A DNA stretch of 64,000 nt from an uncultured Actinomycetes bacterium (GTDB lineage Bacteria > Actinomycetota > Thermoleophilia > RBG-16-64-13). Both the position numbers and the translations under genes were made by a program. Shown piece by piece: positions 9,559-19,653 of the stretch (positions are counted from its first letter, which is position 1; each line of letters begins with the position of its first letter). The stretch is from positions 3,555-67,554 of the forward strand of contig CAKZRW010000027.1 of NCBI GenBank assembly GCA_937148845.1, in the 5' to 3' direction. Under the pieces are notes generated by a model. That model saw nothing but the letters and a program-made list of their open reading frames with translations. It had not been told where the DNA came from and did no database searches.

Positions 9559-10920
9559 ATGGATCAGATTCTCAGACATATTCTCAGCGTCCGCTTCGAG
9601 GACCTGGAGGAGCAGACAGTACGTCACGCCAAGGACAGGATCATCGACACGGTAGGGTGCCTTGTAGGGGGCGCGTTCGCTACGGGCAATCAACAGCTAG
9701 TGGACCTCATCAAGGCTCGCGGCGGAAAACCAGAAGCGACCATCCTCATGCATGGAGGCAGGGTACCTGCGTCCGAGGCGGCGATGGTCAATTGCATCCT
9801 TTGCAGAAGCTATGACTTCGAGCCGGTCAGCCCTGTCGCAGAGGGTCGGTCGGCCCCGGGCCATGTGTCGGGGACCACCGTCATGACCGCTCTCAGTCTT
9901 GGTGAGAGCGTGGCAGCTAGCGGGCGCGAGCTGCTTACGGCCATGCTCTTGGGCGACGATCTGACGGCCCGTCTTCTGAACACCAGTGAGTTCAGCCTGG
10001 CGCTGGGCTGGGATGGCAACGGCCTAGCCAATGCCCTGGGGGCGACAGCTATTGCAGGGAAGCTGCTCCAGCTCAGCGAGAAGCAGCTGCGGAGCGCTTT
10101 CGGCTTGGCGCTCAACCAGCTGAGCGGTAGTGCCCAGAACATTTGGGAGGGAACCACGGCTTTCAAGTTGCCGCTTGGGCTGGCAGCAAGAAACGGGATC
10201 TTCTCCGCTGAGCTCGCTGCGGCGGGGTGGACGGCCCCCAAGGATGCTTTGCGGGGACCGTTCGGTTACTACCACTTGTTCACGACGGGGATAAGAGACG
10301 AGGAGCTTCTGACCAAGGATCTGGGCAAGAAGTTCTGGAGCGACATGACTTTCAAGCCTTATCCCGGCTGTCGTAGCACGCACGGACTGATCGATTGTGC
10401 GCTCAAGATACTGCATCTTCATCGTCCTGACCCTCGGCGCATACACAGAGTCATCTGCCATGTTCCCTCGCACGCCGGGACTAGCTTTCTAGCCCAGCCG
10501 TGGACGATCGGTGAGTTTCCGCAAGGCAATGCACTTTTCAGTTCCAGGTACGCGGTCGCCACCGCGCTACTCAGGGGGAGCGTCAAGCCGGCTCACTTCA
10601 CTGAGGATGCGATCCGCGCCGCCGACATCAATGAGTTCATCAGGAGAATCGAGGTCGACCACTCGTCTTCCTCTCGCTCGGGATGGGCCCTGACCGTCGT
10701 GACCGAAGACGGGCGGCAATACAGCGCTGAGGTCCGGGTGCCCAAGGGGGACATCCCGGGTAATCCTCTTTCCAGGGAAGAGCTCTTGGCCAAGTTCCGG
10801 GACAACCTCTCGTTTGCCGGGAAGCATTCCTCAAGCGCTGCGGAGCAGCTCCTGGAACTCCTTTACCACCTGGAAACGCTGGAGACTGGGGAAGAGATAG
10901 TTCGGCTGTTGGTGCCTTGA
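9559..10920 (+). CDS. MmgE/PrpD family protein
   Basis: DTVGCLVGG, AAMVN, GHVSG, AARNGIFSAELA, FKPYPGCRSTH, ELLAKF. Confidence 0.88.
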   Translation: MDQILRHILSVRFEDLEEQTVRHAKDRIIDTVGCLVGGAFATGNQQLVDLIKARGGKPEATILMHGGRVPASEAAMVNCILCRSYDFEPVSPVAEGRSAPGHVSGTTVMTALSLGESVAASGRELLTAMLLGDDLTARLLNTSEFSLALGWDGNGLANALGATAIAGKLLQLSEKQLRSAFGLALNQLSGSAQNIWEGTTAFKLPLGLAARNGIFSAELAAAGWTAPKDALRGPFGYYHLFTTGIRDEELLTKDLGKKFWSDMTFKPYPGCRSTHGLIDCALKILHLHRPDPRRIHRVICHVPSHAGTSFLAQPWTIGEFPQGNALFSSRYAVATALLRGSVKPAHFTEDAIRAADINEFIRRIEVDHSSSSRSGWALTVVTEDGRQYSAEVRVPKGDIPGNPLSREELLAKFRDNLSFAGKHSSSAAEQLLELLYHLETLETGEEIVRLLVP

Positions 10921-13085
10921 TGGTCCTTCCCACTGCGGGCTACGTAGCCTTCTGGGTCCTCTTGGGCCTGGCTCTTGGCGCCTTCGCCTGGAGGGTAGCG
11001 TTCCTGGTACGTCTTCTGCGCCTGGGGAGAGCGGAGGCAGAGGACCGGTTCGCTAGACCTGTGCCCCGTCTGGTGGAGGCCGCCTTATCATTCGTGACCC
11101 AGAAGAGCAATCTGCGGCACCTCGCTCTTTCCGATCTGGCTCCGCTGGGGCACGCGCTGATGTTCTGGGGACTCGGTGTCTTCTTGATCGGCTACTTCGT
11201 TTTCCTGGGGCTGGGGATGGGTCTCGGGCTTCTTCCACTCATAAGCGGGAGCCGTTTCGAGCGCTCCTTCCTCTCAGCGTTGGACCTGGCGGGTTTGTTA
11301 GTTCTGGGCGCCATGTTCTACGTCATCGTGAAGAGATACCTCCTGAAGCCCCGCCGACTGGAGAGACGGGAGACGACCGGCGAAAAGATCGCACACGCGG
11401 GTGTCGTCGCCGTGATCGTAATGCTCGTGGTCCTTCACTATTTGATAGAAGCGTTGGGCTATGCTGGGTCAGACTTGGGCGGCAATTGGCCGCCCCTCGG
11501 TGCTGCCCTAGCCGGTCTGCTGATTGCTAGCAGCGCCTCACCACAGGCTCTCGAGGCGGCGGCCATGGGCCTGTGGTGGTTCAACTACCTGCTCGTCCTG
11601 GGGGCTCTCGTGTACGCGCCGCATTCCAAACATCTGCACCCGCTGTTCATTCTCCCCAATCTCATTTTCCGCCAGCGAGAGCAGAAGGGGGCTCCTCAGC
11701 CAGTCGACCTCAAGGATACACGGGCACTAAGGCGCGAGAAGGTCAACGACCTTACGTGGAAGCAGCTTCTTGACTCCTATGCCTGTACTTGGTGCGGGCG
11801 ATGCCATGTGCGGTGTCCGGCGCAGCTCAGCGGCAAGCCGCTGTCGCCGCGTGAGCTCCTACTGGGGATCAAGGATCACTTGCTCAAAGTCGGGCCGTCG
11901 CTCCTTGGGTCGGGTCGAGGGGGAGGGCGGGCAGACATGACTGGTAAGATTCGGGCGGCTGCTCCCGAGTCCGGCGCGAGCGGTGAGGAAGCGGCATCGT
12001 CACCCAGGGGCTCGCCTCTGGTAGGGACGGTCATCAGCGAGGAGGGGGTCTGGGCCTGTACAACCTGTCTGGCCTGCCAAGAGGTCTGCCCGGCTGCTAA
12101 CGAGCAGATGCGCATCGTCGTGGACCTCAGGCGTCATCTGCAAATGATCGCCACCACGGAGACCGCCAGAGAAACCGTGAAGAACCTGCGGGTCCGCGGC
12201 CATCCCTGGCGAGGGACGACCTACGCCCGCACTGACTGGGCGGAGGGCCTCGACGTCAAGATCCTGGGGGAGGATGGAGTGGCTGACCTCCTCTACTGGG
12301 TTGGCTGTACTCAGGCGCTCGAAGACCGCAACCTCAAGGTGGCACGCTCGGTTGCTCGACTGCTGAAAGAGGCGGGCATCGATTTCGCCATCCTGGGGGA
12401 GGAGGAGACGTGTTGCGGGGATCCGGCTAGACGCCTGGGAGCGGAGCACATCTTCCAGATGCTGGCGCAAGCTAATGTCCGGCTACTCGTTGGCCACGGT
12501 GTACGGAGGATCGTTACTGCTTGCCCCCACTGTTACCAGGTGCTTAAGAACGAGTATCCGGCTTTGGGTGGTTGGTTCGAGGTGCAGCATCACAGCCAGT
12601 TCCTAGCCGAGCTGCTGAGAGGAGGCGGACTCGAGCTGGGCCGCTTGGAGCAGCGGCATCGCGTGAGGGAGAAGGGGTCAGGCAGGGAGCCGGCAGGCCC
12701 CACGCGAATGACCTATCACGATGGCTGTTACCTGGGGCGCTACAACGGCCTCTACGAGCCGCCCCGCGAACTGCTGCGGCAGGTGCCTGATGCAGTCTTG
12801 GTGGAGATGGTAGACAACCGCGGGCACGGTCTTTGCTGCGGCGGAGGTGGGGGGCGCATATGGCTGGAGGAAACCGCGGAGACGCGCGTCAGTTCGTTGC
12901 GTCTGGCCCAAGTCCTGGAGACAGGGGCCTCGGTGCTTGCCACAGCCTGTCCCTTTTGCCTTCTGATGTTGGATGACGCCGTGCGGTCCCAGGATGCGGA
13001 GGACGTGCCCCGCGTCAAGGACATTGCCGAGATCCTGGCGGAACTCGTCGGCGGGTCCTCACTTCCCGATCATCATGCTGGGTAG
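10920..13085 (+). CDS. Membrane-anchored heterodisulfide-reductase-related Fe-S protein (FadF-like)
   Basis: N-terminal TM helices with His residues (HALMFWG, SKHLH), CTWCGRCHVRCP, CTTCLACQEVCP, two CCG domains. Confidence 0.88.
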   Translation: MVLPTAGYVAFWVLLGLALGAFAWRVAFLVRLLRLGRAEAEDRFARPVPRLVEAALSFVTQKSNLRHLALSDLAPLGHALMFWGLGVFLIGYFVFLGLGMGLGLLPLISGSRFERSFLSALDLAGLLVLGAMFYVIVKRYLLKPRRLERRETTGEKIAHAGVVAVIVMLVVLHYLIEALGYAGSDLGGNWPPLGAALAGLLIASSASPQALEAAAMGLWWFNYLLVLGALVYAPHSKHLHPLFILPNLIFRQREQKGAPQPVDLKDTRALRREKVNDLTWKQLLDSYACTWCGRCHVRCPAQLSGKPLSPRELLLGIKDHLLKVGPSLLGSGRGGGRADMTGKIRAAAPESGASGEEAASSPRGSPLVGTVISEEGVWACTTCLACQEVCPAANEQMRIVVDLRRHLQMIATTETARETVKNLRVRGHPWRGTTYARTDWAEGLDVKILGEDGVADLLYWVGCTQALEDRNLKVARSVARLLKEAGIDFAILGEEETCCGDPARRLGAEHIFQMLAQANVRLLVGHGVRRIVTACPHCYQVLKNEYPALGGWFEVQHHSQFLAELLRGGGLELGRLEQRHRVREKGSGREPAGPTRMTYHDGCYLGRYNGLYEPPRELLRQVPDAVLVEMVDNRGHGLCCGGGGGRIWLEETAETRVSSLRLAQVLETGASVLATACPFCLLMLDDAVRSQDAEDVPRVKDIAEILAELVGGSSLPDHHAG

Positions 13086-14366
13086 CCACAGGGTCAGCTG
13101 TGGGAAGGCCACGATGATCCCCAGGAAGACCAGTTCAAAGAAGAGGAAGGGCGTGACCCCCTTCAGTATCTGATTGGTGGGGATGTTGAAGATGGTCCTC
13201 ACCGCGAAAAGGTCTGTGCCCATGGGCGGGGTGATGAGGCCGATCTGGGTGTTGATGGCGAACATGACTGCGAACCAGATCGGATCGAAACCGAGGCTCT
13301 GGATGAGCGGCATGAAGATGGGGATGGTAAGCAAGGTGATGGTGATGGGGTCCAGGATGCAGCCGAGTATGATCAAGATGACGTTGATGATAACGATCAC
13401 CGCGTAGGGTGGTAGCCCAGACGCCCCTACCATGTCTTCGAGTCCGGAGGCCACGTTGGTGCTGCCGAGGACGTAGGTGAAGAAGTTGGCGGCGAAGATG
13501 ATGAACAGGATCATGCCGTTGATCATTGCCGCTTCACACAGGGCCTCCTTCAGTTGTCTCCAGCGCATCTTGAAAAAGACCACGGCGATGAACAGGGTCA
13601 CCACCACTCCCACAGCCGCGGTCTCGGTGGCGGTGGCGATACCGCCGTAGATTGCGCCGAGGATACTACCCATGACTACGACGATGGGCCAGACGCCCTT
13701 AAGGGAACTCCACCTCTCCCGCCAGGGCACCCGGTGCCCTTTTGGAGCCAGTCCGGGTTTGAGATAGGCCATGGCAATAGCGGGAAGAGAGAGGAAGGCG
13801 ATGAGCAACAGCCCGGGTATGATGCCGGCGATGAACAGTTTGCCGATAGAAAGTCCAGCGATGACCCCGATGATGATGAAGGTGGCGCTAGGAGGGATGA
13901 GGGGACCGAGTATTCCGCCGGCAAGCAGAGCGCCAAGAGCATATCCGCGGTTATATCCTGTGCGGTCGAACTCCGGGACAGCGACCTTGCCCACCACAAT
14001 GATAGTGGCAGCGCTGGTGCCGAGGGCGGCTGCCAGCACACCTTCGCCGATGATCCCGGCGGCGACCAGCCCCCCTCGTACCCGGGAGAGCCAATAGCCA
14101 GCCGCTTTGAACACCCCTTCACCCATACCGGAGGTGGCGATGATGGTGCCAAGGAGTACGAAGAGGGGGAGAGCCGTCCACGAGAGATTGAAGGCGGTGC
14201 TGAAAGGAGCGGCCCCGGCCTTGTGCAAGGCTGCCGGCCCATAGCTGAGGAGCGCTCCCACCATTCCAGAGAAGCCCAGGGAGTAGACGATGGGCACACC
14301 CAGCATCATGAGCACGAACAAAGCGGCCACAACGATAATGCCAGTGGTGCCTGGATCAAGTCCCAT
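13059..14366 (-). CDS. dctM: TRAP transporter large permease
   Basis: ALPLFVLLG, GGILGPLIPPS, LFIAGIIPG, IGLITPPMG. Confidence 0.93.
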   Translation of the reverse strand: MGLDPGTTGIIVVAALFVLMMLGVPIVYSLGFSGMVGALLSYGPAALHKAGAAPFSTAFNLSWTALPLFVLLGTIIATSGMGEGVFKAAGYWLSRVRGGLVAAGIIGEGVLAAALGTSAATIIVVGKVAVPEFDRTGYNRGYALGALLAGGILGPLIPPSATFIIIGVIAGLSIGKLFIAGIIPGLLLIAFLSLPAIAMAYLKPGLAPKGHRVPWRERWSSLKGVWPIVVVMGSILGAIYGGIATATETAAVGVVVTLFIAVVFFKMRWRQLKEALCEAAMINGMILFIIFAANFFTYVLGSTNVASGLEDMVGASGLPPYAVIVIINVILIILGCILDPITITLLTIPIFMPLIQSLGFDPIWFAVMFAINTQIGLITPPMGTDLFAVRTIFNIPTNQILKGVTPFLFFELVFLGIIVAFPQLTLWLPSMMIGK

Positions 14367-14369
14367 GAA

Positions 14370-14927
14370 TCAGTCTCCCAATTGGATCCTCGTGTCTTCG
14401 CGGGAGGTGCCTCTTATGACGTGGATGGCCCCATGCACGAGCTGAGAAAGCAAAGTCAAGAACAGCCACCCCATGGTGAGGGGTACGAGGAGTTTCAGTG
14501 GCCAAAGCGGCTCTTGCCAGGCGGACTGGCTGGTTTCACCCACTTTGAACGAGTACAGGAAGATGCCCCAGCTCTTCCAGATCACTACAGACACGAACGC
14601 CAGGGCCAGCACCGTGGTAAAGAGGTCGCTCATGATCGCTTGCCACCTTGGCGGCAGGTGGTTGACGATGAAATCCACGCGGAGATTGCGACGGTTCCAC
14701 TGGATGCCCGGTATGGCGAGCAGGATGCAGGCGACCAGGAAGATCACGCTGATTTCGTAGGTGTAGGGATCGGGGTTGCGGAAGATGTAGCGCTTGCCTA
14801 CTCCGTAGGTAGTGATGAAGCCGATTATGAGGATCAAGATCCCGCTTACGAGCAGGCTCAATTCTCCCACCCTCTTGACTACGGTTTCGGCTTTGAGCAG
14901 AGATCTCCTCAATGTTTCTCCTACCAC
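14370..14927 (-). CDS. dctQ: TRAP transporter small permease (start approximate, 14927 or 14912)
   Basis: Four hydrophobic segments, RYIFRNP, NLRVDF; lies between dctP and dctM. Confidence 0.85.
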   Translation of the reverse strand: MVGETLRRSLLKAETVVKRVGELSLLVSGILILIIGFITTYGVGKRYIFRNPDPYTYEISVIFLVACILLAIPGIQWNRRNLRVDFIVNHLPPRWQAIMSDLFTTVLALAFVSVVIWKSWGIFLYSFKVGETSQSAWQEPLWPLKLLVPLTMGWLFLTLLSQLVHGAIHVIRGTSREDTRIQLGD

Positions 14928-14949
14928 CCGGAACTTGCCCCGTTTCTGG

Positions 14950-14980
14950 TCCCGCAGCCCCGCTTCGCGGGGCTGCGGGA
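14950..14980. terminator. 14-bp GC hairpin downstream of dctP (stabiliser or partial terminator)
   Basis: TCCCGCAGCCCCGC-TTC-GCGGGGCTGCGGGA. Confidence 0.6.
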
Positions 14981-15006
14981 CATCCAGCGCTACCTCGGGG
15001 ACAGCC

Positions 15007-16071
15007 TCAGTCCTTGTACGGGAACTGCTCGTCGAGCTTCTGGGTGATCTGGCGCACCTGGTCGGCGGTGGCCGGGTCCACCTTGCCGAGGAGCTCATCG
15101 GCGTACGGCTTCAGCCGTTCCGCCCAGCGCTGGCGCTCGGCTCCGGGTAGTGGGTAAACCTCGATACCCAGCTCGGTCATCTTGGCGTAGTTGGTCTTGT
15201 ACAGCTCGATCATATTGGCGTTTATGACGGCCTGCTGGTCGACCTGTCCAAGTTGGTCGATGAGCTTCTTGATGTCGTCGGGCATCTTGTTGTAGACGTC
15301 GAGGTTGATGAACACCCCGATGCTGGCCGGCGTCAGGTAGGCTCGGGTGAGATACTTGCCTACCTCGTTCATTTTGAACATGATGATCATGGAGCCGGAC
15401 TGAAGGGAGGCCTCGATGACCTTCTTCTGCATGGCCTGGTAGCCCTCGGAGAACTCCATGGCCACTCCGCTACCGCCGAGGAGCTCCACTACCTTGGCAG
15501 TCACGGGAGAGATAGTCTGGCAGAGGAGGCCTTTCCAGTCCTCAAGGGTCCGCACGGGCTTGACGCTGATGATGTCAAGACCCTGGCAGGTAAAGTTGAA
15601 CACCGGCTTCATGTTGTGCTTCTCGGTGAGCACCTTGTCGTAGAGCTTCGTCATCTCTACGTTGAAGGCGGCATCGGCCTCGATGCTATTGACCGCGAAC
15701 GGGAGTTCTGCCAGGTTGAACTCTGGCACTATGCTGCCGAACACGGCAACCGGCCAGCCTGCCATCTCCACCGCGCCGGTCCGCACGGCCTCGAAGCTAT
15801 CGGGAAGCGCGAGAAGCTGACCTCCCGGGTGCAGTTCGATGGTATATCGGCCCCCGGCTTGAGCGTTGAACTTGTCAACGTAGTCCTGGATGTTGTTGGT
15901 GACCGGGTCGCCCACCGGCCAGGGAGCAGCCAGCCTTAGAACCTGGCCCTTGGTTTCGGCGCTGGTGGCGGTGGTCGTGGTGGTCTCCTTCTCCTTGCAG
16001 GCCGCCAGCAGACCTACGAGAGTGACGATGAGCAGGAACGCAAGCGCGAGATATAGAGCCCTTCTTTTCAC
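15007..16071 (-). CDS. dctP: TRAP substrate-binding lipoprotein
   Basis: Lipobox LAAC, Thr-rich linker, IELHPGGQLL, EAVRTGAVEM, ELPF, TLEDWKGL. Confidence 0.9.
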   Translation of the reverse strand: MKRRALYLALAFLLIVTLVGLLAACKEKETTTTTATSAETKGQVLRLAAPWPVGDPVTNNIQDYVDKFNAQAGGRYTIELHPGGQLLALPDSFEAVRTGAVEMAGWPVAVFGSIVPEFNLAELPFAVNSIEADAAFNVEMTKLYDKVLTEKHNMKPVFNFTCQGLDIISVKPVRTLEDWKGLLCQTISPVTAKVVELLGGSGVAMEFSEGYQAMQKKVIEASLQSGSMIIMFKMNEVGKYLTRAYLTPASIGVFINLDVYNKMPDDIKKLIDQLGQVDQQAVINANMIELYKTNYAKMTELGIEVYPLPGAERQRWAERLKPYADELLGKVDPATADQVRQITQKLDEQFPYKD

Positions 16072-16226
16072 TTCTCCCCCCTTTGACGATCGACCACTTC
16101 AGATCTTCTGTCGTACTTGACGGAGACTCCTGGTCAAGCCCACCACCTGATCCTAAATCACCCCCCTTTGTCGGAAGCTCTGCCTGTCGACGGAGTCTTA
16201 TCGGTCCGCTGTACTTTCGTAACCCC

Positions 16227-17399
16227 CTAGCCCGCGATGACCACTGGCTGCTTGCCTGGACTGATCGCTCTCTTTAGGGCGGCCTCCTCCAGCTCCACCC
16301 CGAGCCCCAGACCGTCCGGAGGATAGAGGTATCCCGCCTCGTACCGCGGTGGCCGCTTGGCCAGGTCGTTGGGAAGGGGACCGCTCACAGTGTCGTAAAC
16401 GTTGTAGAGGTTGAGCGGCCCGATGGCTTCCTGCTCGATGTGGCCCATCCAGGCTGTCGCGGCGAGAAAGGCCGCCTCCACTGCACAACCCAGTCCGGAG
16501 TTGATCATGCACCCGCACATCACGGGTAGGTTGGCCGCCTGTGCCACCGCCACCCAGCGGCGGGACTTGAGGATTCCGCCCGCTTTGGGGATCTTGAGGA
16601 AGAAGCCGTCAGCAGCCTCTCGCTCAATTATCTGCAGCACATGACCTAGCTCGGCCGCCGACTCGTCGGCGAATATTGGGATCTCGACCTTGCGTCGCAG
16701 CCGTGCGAGCCCGTCGATATCCCACCAGGGTACAGGCTGCTCAGCCAAATAGAGGTCATAGTCTGCAGCCTTGCGCAGCACGTGAAGCGCCTGGTGGTAC
16801 ATCCAGCCCCCGTTGGCATCGATGATCAACTTGACCTCGCTGCCTACAGCCCTGCGCAGGGCGGCGATCATCTCCACGTCCTGGTCCGGGGACTGCGCCC
16901 CCACCTTCAGCTTGAGGGCTCTGAAACCCGCCTTGACTAGAGCGCGGCCTTCCGCTTCTACTGCCTCGGCCGTGCCCGATGACATCACAAAGGCCAGAGG
17001 GATCTTGGGATTGGAGAGTCCTCCCAGAAGCTTATAGACAGGGACCTGCAAAGCTTTGCCCATGAGATCGTGCAGCGCATAGTCCACGACCGCTTTGGAC
17101 TGGCTGTTGGAACGGGTCGCCTTGTCCATCCTGGCCACGATCCGCTCCAGGTTGAAGGGGTCCTCACCCAGAAGGATGTGAGGGGCGAACACGTGCGTCA
17201 GGTTGTACATGATGGAATCCTGACTCTCGCCCATGTACCAGAGAGAGGTGTCGCCTGTCTCGGCCACACCGGTGACGCCTTCGTCAGTGTGGATCTTCAC
17301 CACCACCGCGTCAGCCTGAGTGGCGGCCCCCCCTGACATCACCATCGGCTTGACGAAGGGCAGGGATACCGGGATGCACTCGACCTTGGTGATTCTCAT
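16227..17399 (-). CDS. Enolase-superfamily enzyme, muconate-lactonising/dipeptide-epimerase subgroup
   Basis: KLKVG (KxK), DAN, EQP, ADES, second Lys in FLKIPK. Confidence 0.88.
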   Translation of the reverse strand: MRITKVECIPVSLPFVKPMVMSGGAATQADAVVVKIHTDEGVTGVAETGDTSLWYMGESQDSIMYNLTHVFAPHILLGEDPFNLERIVARMDKATRSNSQSKAVVDYALHDLMGKALQVPVYKLLGGLSNPKIPLAFVMSSGTAEAVEAEGRALVKAGFRALKLKVGAQSPDQDVEMIAALRRAVGSEVKLIIDANGGWMYHQALHVLRKAADYDLYLAEQPVPWWDIDGLARLRRKVEIPIFADESAAELGHVLQIIEREAADGFFLKIPKAGGILKSRRWVAVAQAANLPVMCGCMINSGLGCAVEAAFLAATAWMGHIEQEAIGPLNLYNVYDTVSGPLPNDLAKRPPRYEAGYLYPPDGLGLGVELEEAALKRAISPGKQPVVIAG

Positions 17400-17498
17400 C
17401 CGTTGCCCCCCTTCCCGATGTCCGGTGACACCCCGCACTTGACGCTGTTGGCCGACGCCTACCGGCCGCGGCCGGCTGCTCCGATGCTCGGCGCTTAT

Positions 17499-17512
17499 TT
17501 AGCACTAATTAA
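17499..17512. promoter_or_regulatory. Putative operator TTAG-N6-TTAA overlapping the -10 position of the minus-strand promoter (TTGACA at 17535-17530)
   Basis: TTAGCACTAATTAA. Confidence 0.55.
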
Positions 17513-17597
17513 CTTATGGCAAGGGTGTCTGTCAAGTGGGTTGGCTTCGGGGACATGCAGGCGCTCCATCACCGGGAGCAGAAGACAGTCCAGTTAT

Positions 17598-17651
17598 AGT
17601 TAATAAACTTTAATCAATTGCTTGACCGGGGCGGCTGGCTGCGGCTATAGT
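17598..17651 (+). promoter_or_regulatory. Operator TTAA-N6-TTAA (17600-17613) plus sigma70-like promoter TTGACC-N18-TATAGT
   Basis: 17598-17626 is 25/29 identical to 23792-23820. Confidence 0.7.
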
Positions 17652-17732
17652 GCGAAGGAGGTAAGAGGCTGCGCGGTCGGGTTCGACGGGGCTGGCCGGC
17701 AGCTTGTGGTGTCTGACGAGGGAGAGGGTTGC

Positions 17733-18515
17733 ATGGCCAGGCTTTTCGAGGGCAAGGTTGCGTTGGTCACGGGGGGTGCTAGCGGCATCGGCCGGGTGAC
17801 GGCCCAGTGTTTTGCTCGCGAGGGCGCGAAGGTGGTGGTCTCTACTGCACGTAACCTAGCTGGGGGACAGGAGACGGCTCGTCTCATCCAGGAAGCTGGG
17901 GGGGAGGCACGCTTCGTGCGCTGCGACGTGACGCGTGAGGTCGAAGTGCGCAGGTTGGTGGAAGAGTGCACGGAACGGTACGGTCGCCTTGACTTTGCTT
18001 TCAACAACGCTGGAGTGGGCCCCGACGGGGTGCGCATCCCTCTCTACAGCATAGTCGACTGCCCTGAAGAGATCTGGGACGTCACTCTCGACACGAACCT
18101 CAAGGGGGTCTTCCTCTGCCTGAAGTACGAGATGCGAGCGATGATGCAGCAAGGCGGCGGTGCCATCGTGAACACCTCGTCGGCGGCTGCGATCAGAGTC
18201 GATCCCAACTTCTGCGCGTACAACAGCAGCAAGGCTGGCCTCACTGGCCTCACTCGTACGGCCGCTCTCGAAGGTGCCCCCTACGGCATCCGGGTGAATG
18301 CGGTGCTACCGGGGCCGATTCAGAACACCCTCCTGTGGCAGTACCTGACGAGTACTACGCCCGGTGTCTCCGACAAGTTGGTCGCAGACCTGCCTTTGCA
18401 CCGGGTGGGCACCCCTGAGGACGTGGCTGAAGCGGTGTTGTGGCTCTGCTCCGAAAAGGCTTCGTTCATCACCGGACAGTCGCTCTGCGTCGATGGTGGT
18501 TTGACCGTGCACTAG
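17733..18515 (+). CDS. Short-chain dehydrogenase/reductase
   Basis: TGGASGIG, FNNAG, YNSSK. Confidence 0.92.
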   Translation: MARLFEGKVALVTGGASGIGRVTAQCFAREGAKVVVSTARNLAGGQETARLIQEAGGEARFVRCDVTREVEVRRLVEECTERYGRLDFAFNNAGVGPDGVRIPLYSIVDCPEEIWDVTLDTNLKGVFLCLKYEMRAMMQQGGGAIVNTSSAAAIRVDPNFCAYNSSKAGLTGLTRTAALEGAPYGIRVNAVLPGPIQNTLLWQYLTSTTPGVSDKLVADLPLHRVGTPEDVAEAVLWLCSEKASFITGQSLCVDGGLTVH

Positions 18516-18553
18516 CCTGTCCGGCGAGCGTTCTCGCTCGGCAGACTCTCCGC

Positions 18554-19345
18554 TTAAAACAGGGCGACTGCGGCGGCGTCCACGGCGTTCACTCCTCCAT
18601 CGACCACCAGCACAGCGCCGGTCATGAAAGAAGAATCGTCGCTTGCCAGGAAGGCGCAGACCCCCGCCATCTCTTCAGGGGAAGCGATCCGTCTGAGGGG
18701 GGCGGGCCGGGCGAACCGCTCCAACACGGTTTGTGGGTCGTTGCCTTGGGCCGCGGCCTGCTCTGCGAGGGTGGCTTCAAACATCTCGGTTCGCGTGGCG
18801 CCAGGACATACAGCGTTACAGCGGATCCCCACAGGCCCGTAGTCGAGGGCGACAGCCTTGGTCAGGTGGATAAGGGCAGCCTTCGATGAGCCGTAGGCGG
18901 GACTCGCGGGCATGCAGCGGATGCCGCCGATGGAAGCGATGTTGATGATGGATCCGCCACCACCGCGAACCATGGGGGGTATGGCTTCACGCATGAGTAA
19001 GAAAGGGCCGGTCAGGTTGACGGCAAGGACCCGCTCCCATTCGTGGAGCTCAAGCTCGGTGATAGGACCCAACACGTCAAAGGCTGCATTATTCACCAGT
19101 ATGTCCATGGTCCCGTGCAGGCCTAGTGTGGTCTCTACCATGCGTTTGACATCATCAACGTAAGCCACATCCCCGGGGCACGTCACCATGGACCCGGGGT
19201 AGCGGTCTGCTAACTTCTCCAGACGCTCGCGGCGACGACCACTGATGCAGACCTTGGCGCCCTCGGCTACGAACCGTTCGGCGATGGCAGCTCCGATGCC
19301 GCTGCCGCCGCCAGTGATGAGTGCGGTCTTCCCCTTGAGTCTCAT
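18554..19345 (-). CDS. Short-chain dehydrogenase/reductase
   Basis: TGGGSGIG, NNAA, YGSSK; GGAGG RBS before the ATG at 19345. Confidence 0.92.
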   Translation of the reverse strand: MRLKGKTALITGGGSGIGAAIAERFVAEGAKVCISGRRRERLEKLADRYPGSMVTCPGDVAYVDDVKRMVETTLGLHGTMDILVNNAAFDVLGPITELELHEWERVLAVNLTGPFLLMREAIPPMVRGGGGSIINIASIGGIRCMPASPAYGSSKAALIHLTKAVALDYGPVGIRCNAVCPGATRTEMFEATLAEQAAAQGNDPQTVLERFARPAPLRRIASPEEMAGVCAFLASDDSSFMTGAVLVVDGGVNAVDAAAVALF

Positions 19346-19407
19346 CTTCTCCTCCCTGGCTTGACTTGCGCTTCTGGCTGCGTTGACCTGCGGCCGCACG
19401 CACGTGG

Positions 19408-19425
19408 TTAGTTAATCATAACTAA
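19408..19425. promoter_or_regulatory. Palindrome TTAGTTA-N4-TAACTAA containing TTAA-N6-CTAA and a minus-strand -10-like TATGAT
   Basis: TTAGTTAATCATAACTAA upstream of the minus-strand SDR. Confidence 0.6.
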
Positions 19426-19653
19426 ACGGCGCCGAAACCTAGCGGTTCCAGGGTGGTCGGCAAGCGGGGTGGAGGCTGGAGGACATGCGCCCAGCCCGGA
19501 CACCCAATTGCTGACCACAGTCTCTGCTGAGGGGAGTGGTCTCGAACTGTGGGGCTGCTAGATCTCCAGCCAGGCTATGTCACATTTACGTGCCGGTCAG
19601 AGAGGGAAGAGCTGCCTGCAGAACCTGCTCGACTTTGACAGTCGTCGGGGGAG

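Noticed and set aside
425..13085. Selenocysteine or frameshift recoding in the redox genes
   Set aside because: All frames appear full length, with no in-frame TGA at a Cys position
13554..15047. 497-aa plus-strand ORF and other long antisense ORFs (7028-8044, 42494-43477, 43489-44544, 55485-56450)
   Set aside because: Shadow frames of well-supported opposite-strand genes, as expected in high-GC DNA
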